From Perkinsus chesapeaki ATCC PRA-425 (taxonomy: Eukaryota; Protista; Perkinsozoa): a stretch of DNA of 58,301 bases. The stretch covers positions 1 through 58,301 of the forward strand of contig JAAPAO010000170.1 in assembly GCA_013115145.1 (NCBI GenBank). Reading direction: 5' to 3'. Below the pieces are notes generated by a model, which was not told the origin of the DNA, made no database searches, and saw nothing but the letters and a program-made list of their open reading frames with translations. A program made the position numbers and the translations under genes. Shown here piece after piece: positions 12,563 through 25,932 of this stretch; the first letter of the stretch is position 1, and every line of letters starts with the position of its first letter.

Positions 12563-15500
12563 ATGATAATGCTATCGGGTAAGAGGAAGAAACGTGAGAC
12601 ACGATGGGGACCTAGGAAGCATATTAAACTGGGAAAACGGTAGTAGTGGTCGGCTGGGCGGTGGTGATTTATGGTTCAGTCTGTCAACGGTCGAGGATAA
12701 GCCTTACAAGCCAATGCCGATACTGGACCTACCCAGTGGTCTTGGATGGAAGCAGGTGGATCAGATAATGAGGGAGATGAGGCTTGAAGACTGTAGAATA
12801 GCAAATGGGATGTGCTGTATAGGATTACTTTGTTTAGTGGATCTCAAATTGCGAACTGACCCTATGAAATTAGAACTGGGTGATCCGGATATTAGACCGC
12901 CTTCCCCTCCACCAACGTGAGGATATTGCAGCAGGCTGCTGTTGGGTGTGTATTGGCCTGATGGCAGGTATGATCAAACAGGCACCAGAACCAACGATCG
13001 TGCCACTAGAGTGAGGAAGGCAATGGAGGGAGAGCATAATAGGCTAGTGCGGTAGGGAGGGTACTATCGACGCAACTGGGAGGATGAGGAGTTAATTAGG
13101 TATATGATGGCCACCGTGAAGGACTATATGCCTCCAGAGACCTGGAATAAGGCCAGGTAATGGGGCAGTGGGAAAGGGGGACAGTTTGTGTGCATAGGTT
13201 GGTACGTAAGATAATTATACCGCAGAAGAAGTATCCAGACGTTCCCTTTATGGCAATTATTGTTGGCGCTCGAGGCACCAATCATAAGCGGCTCCAGGTG
13301 AGGTAATGAGTGTGGCTAAGGGAGTTAGGGTATATGTCAGACCGAGTCGGGGTGCCGTATAGAGATACGAGGCAAGGGTATCAATGCTATGAATCAGACG
13401 ATAGAGGAACAGAATATGCCTCAGCATGTTCATATAGAAGGTGACCTGAGCCAGCGGGAGGGGGTGAATAGGTTGTAATATCGACAACCTGCATATGCGT
13501 TATTATTGTTGCAATACGTGCAGCCTGGCGCCCTAGTCGGTACAGTAGAACTATTGCATGCTTATTATTATTGCTTATATAATTATTATATCATCTCCTC
13601 CATTACAGTATTATATCGTCTTACTTGTACTATAAATGGATAATAAACATTCACAAATTGGTCGGGATGGTCGCATTTTCATGGTAGTGTTGTTATGGTA
13701 TATATTAACTAGTATTAATGCGGCTTTCATACCTATTAGTTCTAATCCATACTTTATTACTGTCAGGTGACACTGAAGCTAATCTTGCGAAGGCCACAGC
13801 ACTGCTAGAGCCCCTGTTGGATCCTACACATCCTGACTTTGCTAGAGCGAGGGCTCTCGGTAATAGCGACAGTACCGTATTGGTTTGGAGGTGTGCTGCT
13901 GCTAGGCTTGGAGCAGCTTGCTGTGGTCAATGGATACACCACTCAGCTGCAGCACATTCGATGTGGCCTGTGCCAGGCTATGGGTCATCATGCCAGTCAA
14001 TGCCCAGAGTCAGCGGGGGATGCAAGATATTTTTGAGGTCAGATTGCGGTCAGGTTTAATAATGTGGAGCTGTCGTATAAGATGGCCGATGTCAAGTGTG
14101 ATATTTGCGGAGATAAAGGTCATGCTACTATCGATTGTAAGGAATACCCCCTTACTACGGCGTTGGCCTTATCAATGGTTAAGGTCCTAAAAAGGGCACA
14201 GCTCAAGATAAGACCAAGGAGTGGCGTGCTGAAGCAGAGGAGAGGGCGAAGGTAAGGGGAATGCAGGCCGCCGCCGCCGGGGGCATGGCTTCAAGGGTGA
14301 TGCTGATACGTTGTACGGCTTTCAGGTTAATCAAGAATACGCAGATCTTATTAACAATTTGGCAGAGGAGAATGACCCTCTAAAGGCTGGTCAAGTAGTA
14401 GGGAGGGGCAGGTGGTCTTTAATGCCTCAAGTGGCTCTAAGTGAAGGCGGCTTGAACAATTAGGATATTCCAAGGGCGGGGGTGATAAGAACTAGTTCGA
14501 GGTTAAAGGCGGCAGGGTCGCCCTTGTGGGATGGTCACCGGGTTTCGGGTACACTGCACAGCGCTCGACAGACAAATAACAAGCAATAGGGGGCTGTTGG
14601 AATTAGCTGGTATTCTCGGTACCAAAGGGGATGAAGTAGGCAGTCGGCACAGTACGGCCGGCGCCGGCGCACACTGTAGGCCGCACAGGTGGCACAACGA
14701 CAACAACACTGTCCCCGAGACTGCGGCACCTTACTGTGGAATTTGTAGTAGGGATGAATAGTCTTGGTAGTTATTGCCAACGCAACTGTAATGACGTAGA
14801 TGTTAAGATCACTTGGGATGTTTTATCGGCGATCGGTTTACAGCGCTGAAACTGTCGGATGCGCTGCGAACGACGCTAGCTTGTTGTTGTTTTCCTTAGG
14901 GACCTGGCGCAAGTAATGGTGGTGCTGATGATGAGGAGATTAAGATCCCTTATAGGAGTGTCGGTACGGTGGTGATATCTGTTTTATATAATGTAATGTG
15001 GTCGATTAGGTGCATTTATTGGGCCTCAAGGGAGTAACATACGACTGCTTGAGGGGGAGACGGGATGTCAGATACGTGTTGGTAGTGATAGGGATGAATC
15101 GCAAACTGAATTCTTGGGCCGTTGTTGCTCGTAAGGGCTGGCTAGGCGACCTTTCCTGTCGGTGTGTTAGAACAGTAGTAAGTCAGCGTTTGCTATTAAT
15201 ACCTTTGGTCATGATAGCTGTACACTGTGGTGGCTTTGGAAACTGATAGGAAGGTTGCTAGATCGCATAGAGTTGCTTAGGCGGTATGTCTCTTGATGAT
15301 TAGCCTCGGTTATTGTGGTTATAATTGTTATTCTTGTAGATCAAACTGATAAGGATGCTCCCCTGTGTCCAGTAATGATCCAGGGCTCTGCACCAGGTAT
15401 TGCAGATGCCAAGGCGAAGATAAGGGAATGGCTGAAGAAGTAAGATTGTCGAGCTCCTTCCAGGCCCCCTAACAATCTTCTCTTCTCAGCCATGACGCTG

Positions 15501-16768
15501 CATCTGGTGCCAATGCACAGATCCCGATGGTACTACTCGTCGGTGGGCTATGAGGTTTGGATGGTATCTGCGTTTAGGTCTTGGGAGTAGCTGGAGATGA
15601 GGAACCTATTCGTCTGCCTGCCGCTCTAGTTGGTACTGGCAGGCCTGGAAGGTCTGTTGCTTTTTATCGGGTATTCTTCAGGAGTCTTCATCGGACATAA
15701 CGGTTCCAATTTGAAGGCCTTGGAGAGGGAGTTTGGCGTTGGACTGATGATAGGTGAGAGCTGATCTGACAATGCAATTCACCACCGTGTCGTAGTAGTG
15801 ATAAAAGATCTCCGTATTTTTTTATTTTTCAAGATCTCGGTGTGACGAATGGGCTTCTGGTAAGAGCCGGTGACTTTGTGATTGTTGTTATTCTTCAGTT
15901 ATGCCTGTGCGTGCGGTAGTACTTGATATTAGGAAGTATTATTGTATCTTTGGAAATCTTACTAGTGCGCTTCCAAGCCTCTATTTTGCTTTCTCAGATG
16001 GCAAGAAGGAGAGCGGTATTCTGGATCATCCTATTCTATTTAACGGTTCAGATGAAGCCATTCTCGAAGCAAAGCCCAAGCTTCGGGAGTGGATCACACA
16101 GTACGTCTGGAGAGCTCTTCGGTGTGGTGTAGTTCAGCCCTCATCAGGCAAATGGCAGCAACTCCCCAGATGGATCCGCATCTCGCACAGTTCCCAGGCT
16201 TTCCAGGTAGGTCAGGGGTCCAAGAAAAACCGAGCGCGTTTACGTCTGCTTCTGTGCTTTTCAGGCTTTCCAGGAGGCTATCCACCAGCCCCGGGGGCCA
16301 TACCGTACATGCCTACTCCTATCATGTCTGGCATGCTGCCCGCCGCAACTATGCCAGGCCAAATGGCGGGGATGCCGCCGATGCCTCAGGGATATCCTAT
16401 GCCAACGTCCATGCAGAATATCGGACAGGTGAGTCGGGGATCGCTTCTGCGGTAGCCGGTGGACCTTGGCAGCGGACCGCTGTGTGGCGAATGCTATATG
16501 TGCGTTTATATTTGGTATTCAGTACCAAACGGCTCCCCCGATGGACCAGGCATCATGGCAACTAATGTACCAGCAGCGACTACAGGAACAGATGAAGTAC
16601 AAATAGTGGAAGACTTTGAGCTGGCCATACACTTGGATGATAGCTATGATGATGTCGGTATCATCGGTTATCCTCTCGCCACTATTACCGTACATTTCAG
16701 TATTATATTCAACCGAGTAGCGTTATAGTTTGAATTCTAGTATGTCTTTGGGCATTTGAAGATATAAA
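12563..16768 (+). CDS. SF1: Splicing factor 1 / branchpoint-binding protein, apparently extended by extra KH domains and a Pro/Met-rich tail
   Basis: ULM-like GKRKKRETRWG at the N-terminus; helix-hairpin KPMPILDLPSGLGWKQ..DIRPPSPPPT..RKAMEGEHNRL; KH IIIPQKKYPDVPFMAIIVGARGTNHKRLQ; two CCHC knuckles (CGLCQAMGHHASQC, CDICGDKGHATIDC); NQEYADLINNL. Further KH motifs lie at ~14930-15075 and ~15595-15750. The 3' end and single-gene status are uncertain. Confidence 0.85.
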
Positions 16769-17129
16769 GCTTTCTAGATGGGTGATGAAGAAATGTTCAT
16801 TAGGCGTTCTGGCGGATCATCCTGTGTTGCCGCCCCTTCAACAATTCACGGCTCTCGCTTGATGGACGTTGTCCCATTGCGGCGGTGAAGCTGTGACGTA
16901 TACATTTATCCGTTCGATTGAAGAGCGTCATTTGATGAAGCCGCACGGTTTGTTATAAAGGCGCTTTTCTATTGAACCTCGGCCCTTACTACTGCCGCTG
17001 CTGTAGGACTACATTTCACGCCTTACATTACTACTTCAAGCTCCTCCAGCATCATACTGTCACATCGCTAGCCTGGCTGTTTTGTGCTCTACAAAGTGGC
17101 TGTCCTCGAGCAGGCTGAGCGAACCGATT

Positions 17130-18566
17130 ATGCGTCACTTAGTTGCATATCCTCTTTCTATTAATTCCATGCTTCGTGAGAGCTTCTTGGTTCTTCGTGA
17201 TGTGTGGTCAGCACCTTGGTCCATATTGCTAACCTCGGGCCCAGTGTTGACCCTCGGAGTCACCCTCGCCACTGTGGTGCTATTGTGTGTATTTCACAAG
17301 CTAACGATCAACGAGCGAATGCCATACAAAAAGGTACCATCCAATTTGTGCAAGCAGCTCGCATTTGTCCTTCAACAGGGTGAGCCTTCGCATGAGAAGC
17401 ACGAAGATTCCCCCTCGAGGCGATATTCAGCGGTGGACTACTGGCGTGGCATGTGCATCAGCTTCGTGGTTATCTATCACATGGTTGGCAACTTCCGTCT
17501 CAACGGTTTGATGCCGAGTGGGTTCCGAGGTCAGAACTTCTCGGACCCGTGTCCGAAATGGAACTACGTCACGTTCATTGCTTATTATTTATTTTTTCAA
17601 ACAACATGTCATTGGGGAAGATTCGTCTCTCCGTATCTCCACTATATTCTGTAGGGCAGCAGCAGGCCTCGGCAGCTTGAGCCTGTGAGCGTAGTTCCAG
17701 GTTCACACCCTTCACCGTGTACTGTATCTGCTACTGGTGGCGTGAAAGCCAAGCAGCAGGGGTCGCTATGATACATCTCTGCGTTGGTCTGTCTCAAGCA
17801 TTGGCTAATAAGAACCGAGTCATCAAATGGAAGGCTGTTATACATCGTACCATGAAGTTAGCACTACTGGCGGCCAGTTTAAGTGCATACACGTAAGCAT
17901 GCACCATCTGCACTGCGTTTGTGTCGTACTTGTGGTTTGCTAAGGTATTACCGCTTTCCCGAGTCCCCTATTGTATTCGGAGCCCTCCACTGCATCTGTC
18001 TCAACAGCCTGCTGTCTCTGCCCTTTGTGAAGGTAATTGCTGCTTCGAGCTTCGCCTGATAAGTCTAAGTTATCTGAAACTTCTCAAACTGCTGTAGTGC
18101 TGCAATAGTCTGAAGTTTTCCGCTCTTTGTAGCACCCTAACCTGGCTCTGCCTGGCTTTCTCTTCTGCCAGCTGTACACCATGTTTATCGGCGTCTTTCC
18201 CTTAGAAGTTGATCTAGACCGTCCATCAATAGATGTGATGCCATGGTAAGCCCATAACAGTAGCGTTGTTACTGCTGATGCCTCCTGTGGTCATCAGGTT
18301 CAACAATCTTGCATTCTGTTTGCTTGGGGTATGGTTACATGATAAGGGCCTTCATAAGACTCCAAGTCTGAGACTCTTTCCTTTCCGCCAGTATGTACCG
18401 TTCGAAGATTCCGCGTTCTGCACACTGGGTCGTTGGGTAGGCCGTGTGGCCCATCATGTCATCACTTCGCCTTTGTTAGTCCTTGACGGTGTACCTATGT
18501 CACGAACTAGTGTTTGTGCCGCTCACGTTGGTGGTGAAGCAGCTGAGAGCTAACCATGGCATCTGA
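17130..18566 (+). CDS. DUF1624/HGSNAT-catalytic-like multipass membrane acyltransferase, paralog A
   Basis: N-terminal TM, RYSAVDYWRGMCISFVVIYH, FGALHCI, DVMPW|FNNLAFCLLGVWL, LGRW|SLTVYLCHE. Start may be 17169. Confidence 0.85.
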
Positions 18567-18707
18567 AGACGTGTAGCTGCCTATTCTCTTTCCTCTGAAG
18601 TTGACTACTTTTTAATTCCGATCATTGTTTCCCTTTTCCTCTTCGGTTCCACCTTAGTAGTTTGTTCCCGCTATCACCGTAAACGACAGCTGTTGGTTGT
18701 TTTTCAA

Positions 18708-20253
18708 ATGGCTGCAAATGAGAGTGGTATTTCCGACTCCGTATCCCTTGTGATCTGCGGCTGCACTATGACAGCCAGCCTCTGTCTAGTGCATTGGTTG
18801 TCTAGAAAAGAGAGAGCAGCATACAAACACGCGTGGATCGATTACCAGCAAGTAGGACCCTCGTGAAAACAACGAGTTCCTACGTTAGTGTCAGGCGATA
18901 TCGTCGCAGGATACAGAGTTGGGCGACTTCGCTGAAGTCGGGAAGAAAGAGGAACGAAGGCCAAAGCCTCGAGCGCCGTTTTTAGACTTCCTCAGGGGCC
19001 TCAGTCTCTCCTTTATCGTGACTTTCCATTTAATGTGGAACTTCCGAGAGTTTCACATGTTGCCACATTCCCCGCCTATCGACAAAGCCAGAGGTCTTCC
19101 CATATTAAACTATGTGTATTTCACTGTATACTTCGCAGTGGCGTTTTTGTTATGTTATGCTGGTTTCTTGTATTCCCCTTACCTCTGCTACGCCATGTAA
19201 GCTTTGCCATCATTAGCCCCAATAAGACTGTCATTCCCTGACTATCAGATATGCTCCAGTTGTTACTTACTGTCTTTACACTATGTGGTGGGAGGCACAG
19301 ATCTCCGGTGTCTGCCTCATTATGATGTGCCTTGGCATGTCCCAGGCGTTGGTCCACCGCAATGGAATTGTTTGGCGAGAAGTTGTCACCAGAGCTACTA
19401 AGCTAGGCTCCCTCGCAGCTGTTATAACGATCCTATCGTAAGTTTAAAAGGGGTCGCAATTACGAAGGTTACGAATTACGGCTCGCTTTTCGTTTGGTTG
19501 CTTCTCGGTATGAGTCGGCGAGCTGTAATCGGCCCCAATCGGTTTGGTATTTGGGCTCCTGTTACTACCCGTTTTCATACCTCATTAATGATGCTAGTCT
19601 TGCATTTATAGGCTTATATTCGTCCCTCAGCAGTGGATCTATTTTGGGGCGATACACTGCCTCTGCCTAAATAGCATTCTCACAGTCCCATTCACCCAGG
19701 TGAGTACACTGGTCTTTCCTTCACGACCGATTCGATCTGCTATCCTGACACTTTCAGATGCCTAAGGTAGCTCTTGTGGGTTTTATTGTCATCCAGTCGT
19801 ATTCGATGGCCTTTGGTTCATGTCCATTAGAAGTCCCTCTTGACTGGCCAACCTTGGATGTCATGCCTTGGTAGATTACCCATTCCTCTCCCTCCCCGTG
19901 ACTTATGTGTAGGTTCCACAATCTGGGTTATTGCCTACTAGGCGTTTGGCTCTACAGTAGGGGGGTCCCGAAGCTCGCCACGGTCAGCCTAATTCCAGGA
20001 ACCCGTGTGTATTTCGAGGACACTGTCATGACAACGTTTGGTCGGCATGTAGGTTTGTTCAGTGTTCGCAGTTGGTACATCATCGCCCTGTTTTGCCCTC
20101 TCTTACCCCACCGTTCGCTCTTCCCTCATACGATTAGCAGCAGCAGCTGCTGCTGCTCGAGTGTTTTCCCTCTTTCAGTCCCTTGTCATATACTTGGTGC
20201 ATCAAGCGATCTTCTTCCCCGCCGTATATCTGCTATCGTTGCTTAATGCTTAA
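18708..20253 (+). CDS. DUF1624-like membrane acyltransferase, paralog B
   Basis: FLDFLRGLSLSFIVTFH, YFGAIHCL, DVMPW|FHNLGYCLLGVWL, FGRH|SLVIYLVHQAIFFP. Confidence 0.88.
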
Positions 20254-20599
20254 AAACTACGCCGAATTAGCTGTCTTATTTCCTACATTTACTGATGTGG
20301 TGTTCGTGAAGATGATTGGTAATTGATTGTAGGCGGCGATCCAATAGCCGACAATAGATTAATCAATTTGACTCTTTCTGTAGAGGAATGCTTCAGGAGG
20401 TTTACCATCTCACCAAGAGTTAGCTTGCGCATTGATGCGTTTAGAGTGTTATAGGTCCTTTCTCGCTCGCCGCCTCCCGTGACACATTTTTCGTGACGCA
20501 TAGGTTGCTTACGTCTCGCGGTGGGTGACATATGAAGTATCCAAACATCGAAGACCGTTTTTAGTAAGTTTCGGTCGTATCGGCTCGGCCTAGAACTTT

Positions 20600-22012
20600 A
20601 TGTCCGATGCGACACATCTGGGGTTTGTGGATCCGGCCGTCTTCGGAGCCCAGAACAGTTGGGAGAACTTCACCGTTCCCAATGCAAAGTCCGGAATTGC
20701 ATTAACGATCCTGGGTGTATTGCTCACACTTAATCTCTGTGTAACCCATTACATCATGAAGAGCAAGAGATTCTTGAAGGGCTTCGACCCGGTATCGAGC
20801 ATTGAGATGGGAGAAGCCGGTGATACAAAGAACAAAAATAGAGGCGAGAATGGTGGTGATACATTCGATGAGGTGCCGATAAGTGCAGCAAGAAGACCAC
20901 GATACCCGGCAATAGACTTCTTCAGGGGGCAGCTTATATTATTCGTTGTTACATTTCACATCTTGTGGGGTTTTGAGGAATTTAAAGTTCTTCCGACGCC
21001 TCCGTCGAGGTACGGTTTCAATCAACCGGTTAGCACCTACTTGTGCTTTGCTGCATTCTATGTTGTATCCTTTTGTTGGTTCTATTTGGCAAACATCATG
21101 AACCAATATCTCTGCTATATTGTGTAAGGATATCCGTTCCGGTCTTGCCGTATGAGTATCTCGCCTCATTCCCTTCAGTTACCCGTTAGTAACTTTAACA
21201 TGCATCTATATGATGTATTGGGAGTCGGAAGTATCGGGGGTATGTCTACTGATGGTGTGTGTTGGAGTATCTTTGGGGATAGTTCATGAAGATAGGATTA
21301 AATGGAGAAACTTTTTCATAAGAGCAATTAAGCTAGGAATTGCAGCTGGGGTTATCAGCGCAGTCACGTGAGCTTCTTATTAACTCAACCTCGCACCACT
21401 CCTTTTGCTTCCTTCATATAGTTACATCTTCATGCCATCATCCCCGGTCTATTTTGGGGCTATCCACTGCATATGGCTCAACAGCAACCTTTCTATGATC
21501 TTTATACGGGTAATCTCTCCATTTCCGGTGCTTGTTCACATTCAATATATTTCCTTCAGACACCTCGACTGGCACTTATAGGCTATTTCTTCATACAGTT
21601 CTACACTATGGAGATCGGAGTGTTTCCGTTGGAGGTGCCTATGAACCGTCCTACTGTTGATGTCATCCCATGGTGAGCAGCAGCATCCTCATGTAACGTA
21701 GAGGTGAGCGTGGTACTTATATCTATTTAGGTTTCATAACTTGGGTTATTGTCTTCTCGGCATATGGCTTCACAGTATTGGTTTTCATAAGGTGGAAGTG
21801 GTCGAACTAATACCTGGCAAGCGAATGGATTTGGAAGACATCGCGTTGACATTTTTTGGACGGCATGTAAGAAGAACTGACTACTGCTTGTTGTCGGCTA
21901 AGACGTTGGCTTCTTCTGTCCTCAGTCTCTCACCGTCTACCTATCTCATATCCTGCCTTTGCTTACTATACTTGGATTATTTGTTTATTCTCAAAGGAGT
22001 CGGCTTAGCTAA
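20600..22012 (+). CDS. DUF1624-like membrane acyltransferase, paralog C
   Basis: RYPAIDFFRGQLILFVVTFH, YFGAIHCI, DVIPW|FHNLGYCLLGIWL, FGRH|SLTVYLSH. Confidence 0.88.
21188..21822 (+). repeat. Direct repeat, ~98% identical to 26538-27169 (exons and introns of paralogs C and F)
   Basis: Manual alignment shows about 11 substitutions and one 3-nt indel over ~635 nt. Confidence 0.92.
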
Positions 22013-22576
22013 ATACTTCTTACAGTATTACTGTTTAGTTAGGAGCGGATGATCTCCGGGCTCTAGGGGTTACATTAGCTCTTGGACATGTGATGTTCAC
22101 GAATTGACGAATAGCTTAGTTAGCGTCGTTAATTTCGGCACGCAGGCGCGCACAGCGGGTCGCATGCACCGGTGTGTTACATTCCGATTGCATTGTGTGT
22201 GCAATTGTCGGAGGATACGGTGGTTCGAAGGCACGAGACTCGATTGGCGATATAGTAGTGTGGCAGTTTGGCTACCACTCCGCTTTTAACTCTCCCTCCT
22301 CTCTCGGGTTCGAAGTCTGTAGGTTATGTTGCCTAGTTCACCATGCATGCAATTTACACCGATGCCTTCAAGCCATACCTTACGCCAAGGCGGCTAGTTT
22401 ACGTTAGTCTAACCCTTAGCACCGCGTTCGGGATTCGGACGCCTAATGGAATTCACATCAGTTTATTCCACCAGTAATAGAGCTGTTGATGCCGGACACT
22501 GTCTGGCGAATATGACCCTTCACATGGACACCCTTCCCTCTTTTGCAGTTTTAGCAGGCTCCTCCTCGAGCCACAT

Positions 22577-23998
22577 ATGTCCTCCAATGACGCAGCCACA
22601 TCTTCGCATTCGGTATTACTCTTAACCTCGAGGCAACAGCTGGTTGTGTTTTGCTGCTGCATATTTTTCACGACAAGCCTAGCAGTGACGCATCGAGTAA
22701 CTCGAAGCGATCGAATTTGGCGATTGAAAGCATCTACAAGTTACGAAGCCATAGATGTTGAGGATCTCGAGTCGGCCCCTTCGGCTGCTACGAACCTTAA
22801 AGAAGAAGGCAAGGCTCGGTACCCAATGGTCGACTTCCTCCGTGGCCTGTGTATATCGTTCATTGTGGCATTTCATATTATCTACCTCTGCCGAGAACGC
22901 CAGTTGCTACCACTAGAAACATGGGTTGATAGAGCACCAGGACTGCCGATAGTCGACTACGTCTTCTTCATTATCTACTTCATTATTGTTTTCTCCGCTT
23001 GCTGTGGAGCGTTTATGGTATGGGAGTACTTGCCATATTTTGTGTAATGAACTAGCGAGCGTAAGTAGTAGTTCAATCATCACTTTCAGATATGGCCCTG
23101 CTGTGACTATATGTATTTATCGTTACTGGTGGGTGTCCCAGATATCTGGTGTTTGCCTCATAATGCTATGCATTGGTATGTCACAAGCCATCTCCCATCA
23201 GAATGGTATCATTTGGCGAAGTGTCTTACGACGAGCTTTCAAGCTGGGGTCTGTTGCCTGTACACTAACAGTCTTGACGTAAGTCGATCTCGGTCTCTGT
23301 CTCGCAAGCTCCCCATTTCATAGATACATTCTCTCGCCCGATGAATTCATCTATTTCGGAGCAATACACTGTATCCTTGTCAACAGCCTATTATCTATTG
23401 CCTTTTTACGGGTAAGTCCGGTTACCTGCTTCACCGCGGCTTATCAAGCATCGAATAAATACTGTGGCCTGTGAGTGTTCTAGTGATTGACGTAAAGTGG
23501 GAAATAGCCCTAGAGAAATCAGTGCTGTTGCAGTGCTTGATCAGTTCAGTGTTGTTGCTCACACTTGACGTTTTCCCAGGTTCCATGGGTTGCCCTACTT
23601 GGCTTTGTTCTCATTCAAGGATACACTATGAAGTACGGGTCGGCGCCGTGGGAGGTGCCGCAGAATATTCCCACTCTGGACGTGATTCCATGGTGAGAAA
23701 AGGGTTATCTAGCTCTCCGAGTGGCAAGTTAATTATGTTTCAGGTTCCACAATTTTGGCTACTGTCTGCTGGGAATATGGTTGCACAGTATAGGCGTCCA
23801 TAAAATGGAGGCGATTAGCCTACCGCGGAGGCGCATTCTCTTCGAAGAAACTGTGATGACCACATTCGGCAGGCATGTAAGTAGCAACTACCTTATCACA
23901 TTTCGTTACCCTTCCACACTCCTCCTCTTCAGTGTTTACTTATATATCTCGGGCACATGCTGATTATTCTCCCGAGTGTGATAATCGCTTCAAGTTGA
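22577..23998 (+). CDS. DUF1624-like membrane acyltransferase, paralog D
   Basis: RYPMVDFLRGLCISFIVAFH, YFGAIHCI, DVIPW|FHNFGYCLLGIWL, FGRH|CLLIYLGH. Confidence 0.88.
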
Positions 23999-24211
23999 GT
24001 TACCCGCCCCCGGAGAGGATGCTCACTAAGGTGCAACTCCAAAGCCTTCCGGCTGTACTTATTCTCTTTTATTCCCTTACAAGTGCTATTGTGTTTTGTA
24101 TGATGCAGATGGATGGAGACAGGAGGAAGTTCGTAGACTTTATTGTCTCAACTGTCGCTCGTGAAATACTCGACCTGCCAGCCGCCCTCGGCAACCGCCT
24201 GGGTGACGACA

Positions 24212-25493
24212 ATGTTCGTAACGGCTGTTGTGTGGGCAGCAGTTTTGGTGACCTTCCACCGTTGTGCTCAATTCACAAGAAGCTTCCGGCGAGCTAAAAC
24301 GCAGGTCAGTTACAGCGAGTTAACCATGCAGCTGCTAGAGTGCTGCTCCCGTTCCCTCTGCACTTTCTTAGTCGGTTTTGGGTCTTTTCAGCTCCCTACT
24401 TCAAGCAATGAAGACGTAGAAGATCCTCGAGACGACAACTTCACGATGGTTCGTTTCGTCTGTGGAATGGTCGTATGCTGCGCACCTCTCTACAGCATAC
24501 TATGGGGCATGGCAGATGGTTGCATCTTGCCGATTCCCCAAAGGGGATCCGCTCCTGTTCTGTTGTACTTGTACTTTTCGTTATATCTGCTGGCTTCAGC
24601 CATTCTGATACTATTGGTGTCCCCGTATTCATTAACAGCGATGTATTGCCTGTAAGCAATGCGGGTCACTTCAATCGGCAGTCGTGTGGTACTTAGATTC
24701 TCCTTATCTTCCGTATGTGGTATATGCCTTTTCTGGTGGCCATCGTGGCAGTTTGGAATAGCTTTAATAATGTTGTGTGTTGGAGTTACACAAGCTGCCA
24801 TTCACGGTCATTGTATGCGCTGGAAAATACTTTTCCGCCAGATCGCCGCTCTTGGAGGCACAGCCGCTGTGATAACCATACTGTCGTGAGTTTGGCCACT
24901 CGATAATAGCACTATAACTCCCCGTCTAGGTTAATATTATCTTTTCATCAAGTAGTGTACTTTGGGGTGATTCATTGTATACTTCTTATCTCCATATTGG
25001 TTCTACCATTCACAAAAGTGAGCTTTGCCCGGCTATGTTCAGCCGTTACATCTTTGCCAACTCAGTTCCCCGTCGGCGGTCTTGTTGTCTTTGGAGTTTG
25101 CCAAGTTCTCAACGTGGTTCTGAGGGGGCAGCCGCCCTGGGAAGTCCCTCTCGACCGTCCGACTCTTGATGTTGTGCCCTGGTTAGCCTCATTAGCTTTT
25201 GACTCGTTTTTATGTTGTTTGCAGGTTTTCCAACTTGGGTTTTGCTTCTCTCGGGGTTTGGCTTCACAACCAAGGATGGCACAAGGTTCGCCAGTTCCCC
25301 CGTCAGAATACTATATTTCCCGCTTGCAAGCGAACCCTTTTCACACTTATAGGCCGACATGTATTATCATTTTAGATTCACTGAGAATTACTACCAACTT
25401 CAGGCCCTTATTGTATACGTCGTCGTTGAGGCAGCTACACTTGGTCTTATAGTCCCGACGATATCTCTTTTTCGAGCGATGCGTATTCAGTAA
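24212..25493 (+). CDS. DUF1624-like paralog E, divergent, conserved motifs lost
   Basis: Similar exon layout with YFGVIHCI, DVVPW and GRH, but the D-x-x-R-G...H motif reads MVRFVCGM...LYS and the last exon reads ALIVYVVVE (no His). The start is uncertain. Confidence 0.75.
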
Positions 25494-25932
25494 ACGCCTT
25501 TGAGCTTGCTGATCGTCGCATTCAAAACCCTCTGCAATGTTACTTATGGTAAAGAACCCCATGAGTAGCCTAAATTCCTTCCGCTGATTCGTCCCAGCTT
25601 GCGTTCGTGGGGCTGCTGACGTTATGAATTCGTCAACAATCATTAGAATCCAGGCATGCGCCAGCTTCCATTTCAGCAGCATATCTCTAGGGCATTTTCT
25701 ATTATTTTGGGCAACTCGCCGGGTTGATACCCTATCGGGTATCTCATATCAGCAACCGAATCTTCGTGAGAGAGGCTGGGGCATGATGTAACCAATAGGC
25801 AGTTCGAAAGATCTTTCAAGCTCCCGAGTGATGGTTTGGCTTGAACTAGTCATGGCACTTCTGGTACTGGACCATCCCGTCTCTCGTGAGTCGTTGCTTG
25901 TTCTCTACCTCCTAGTTTTTTTGCGGTCCCGA

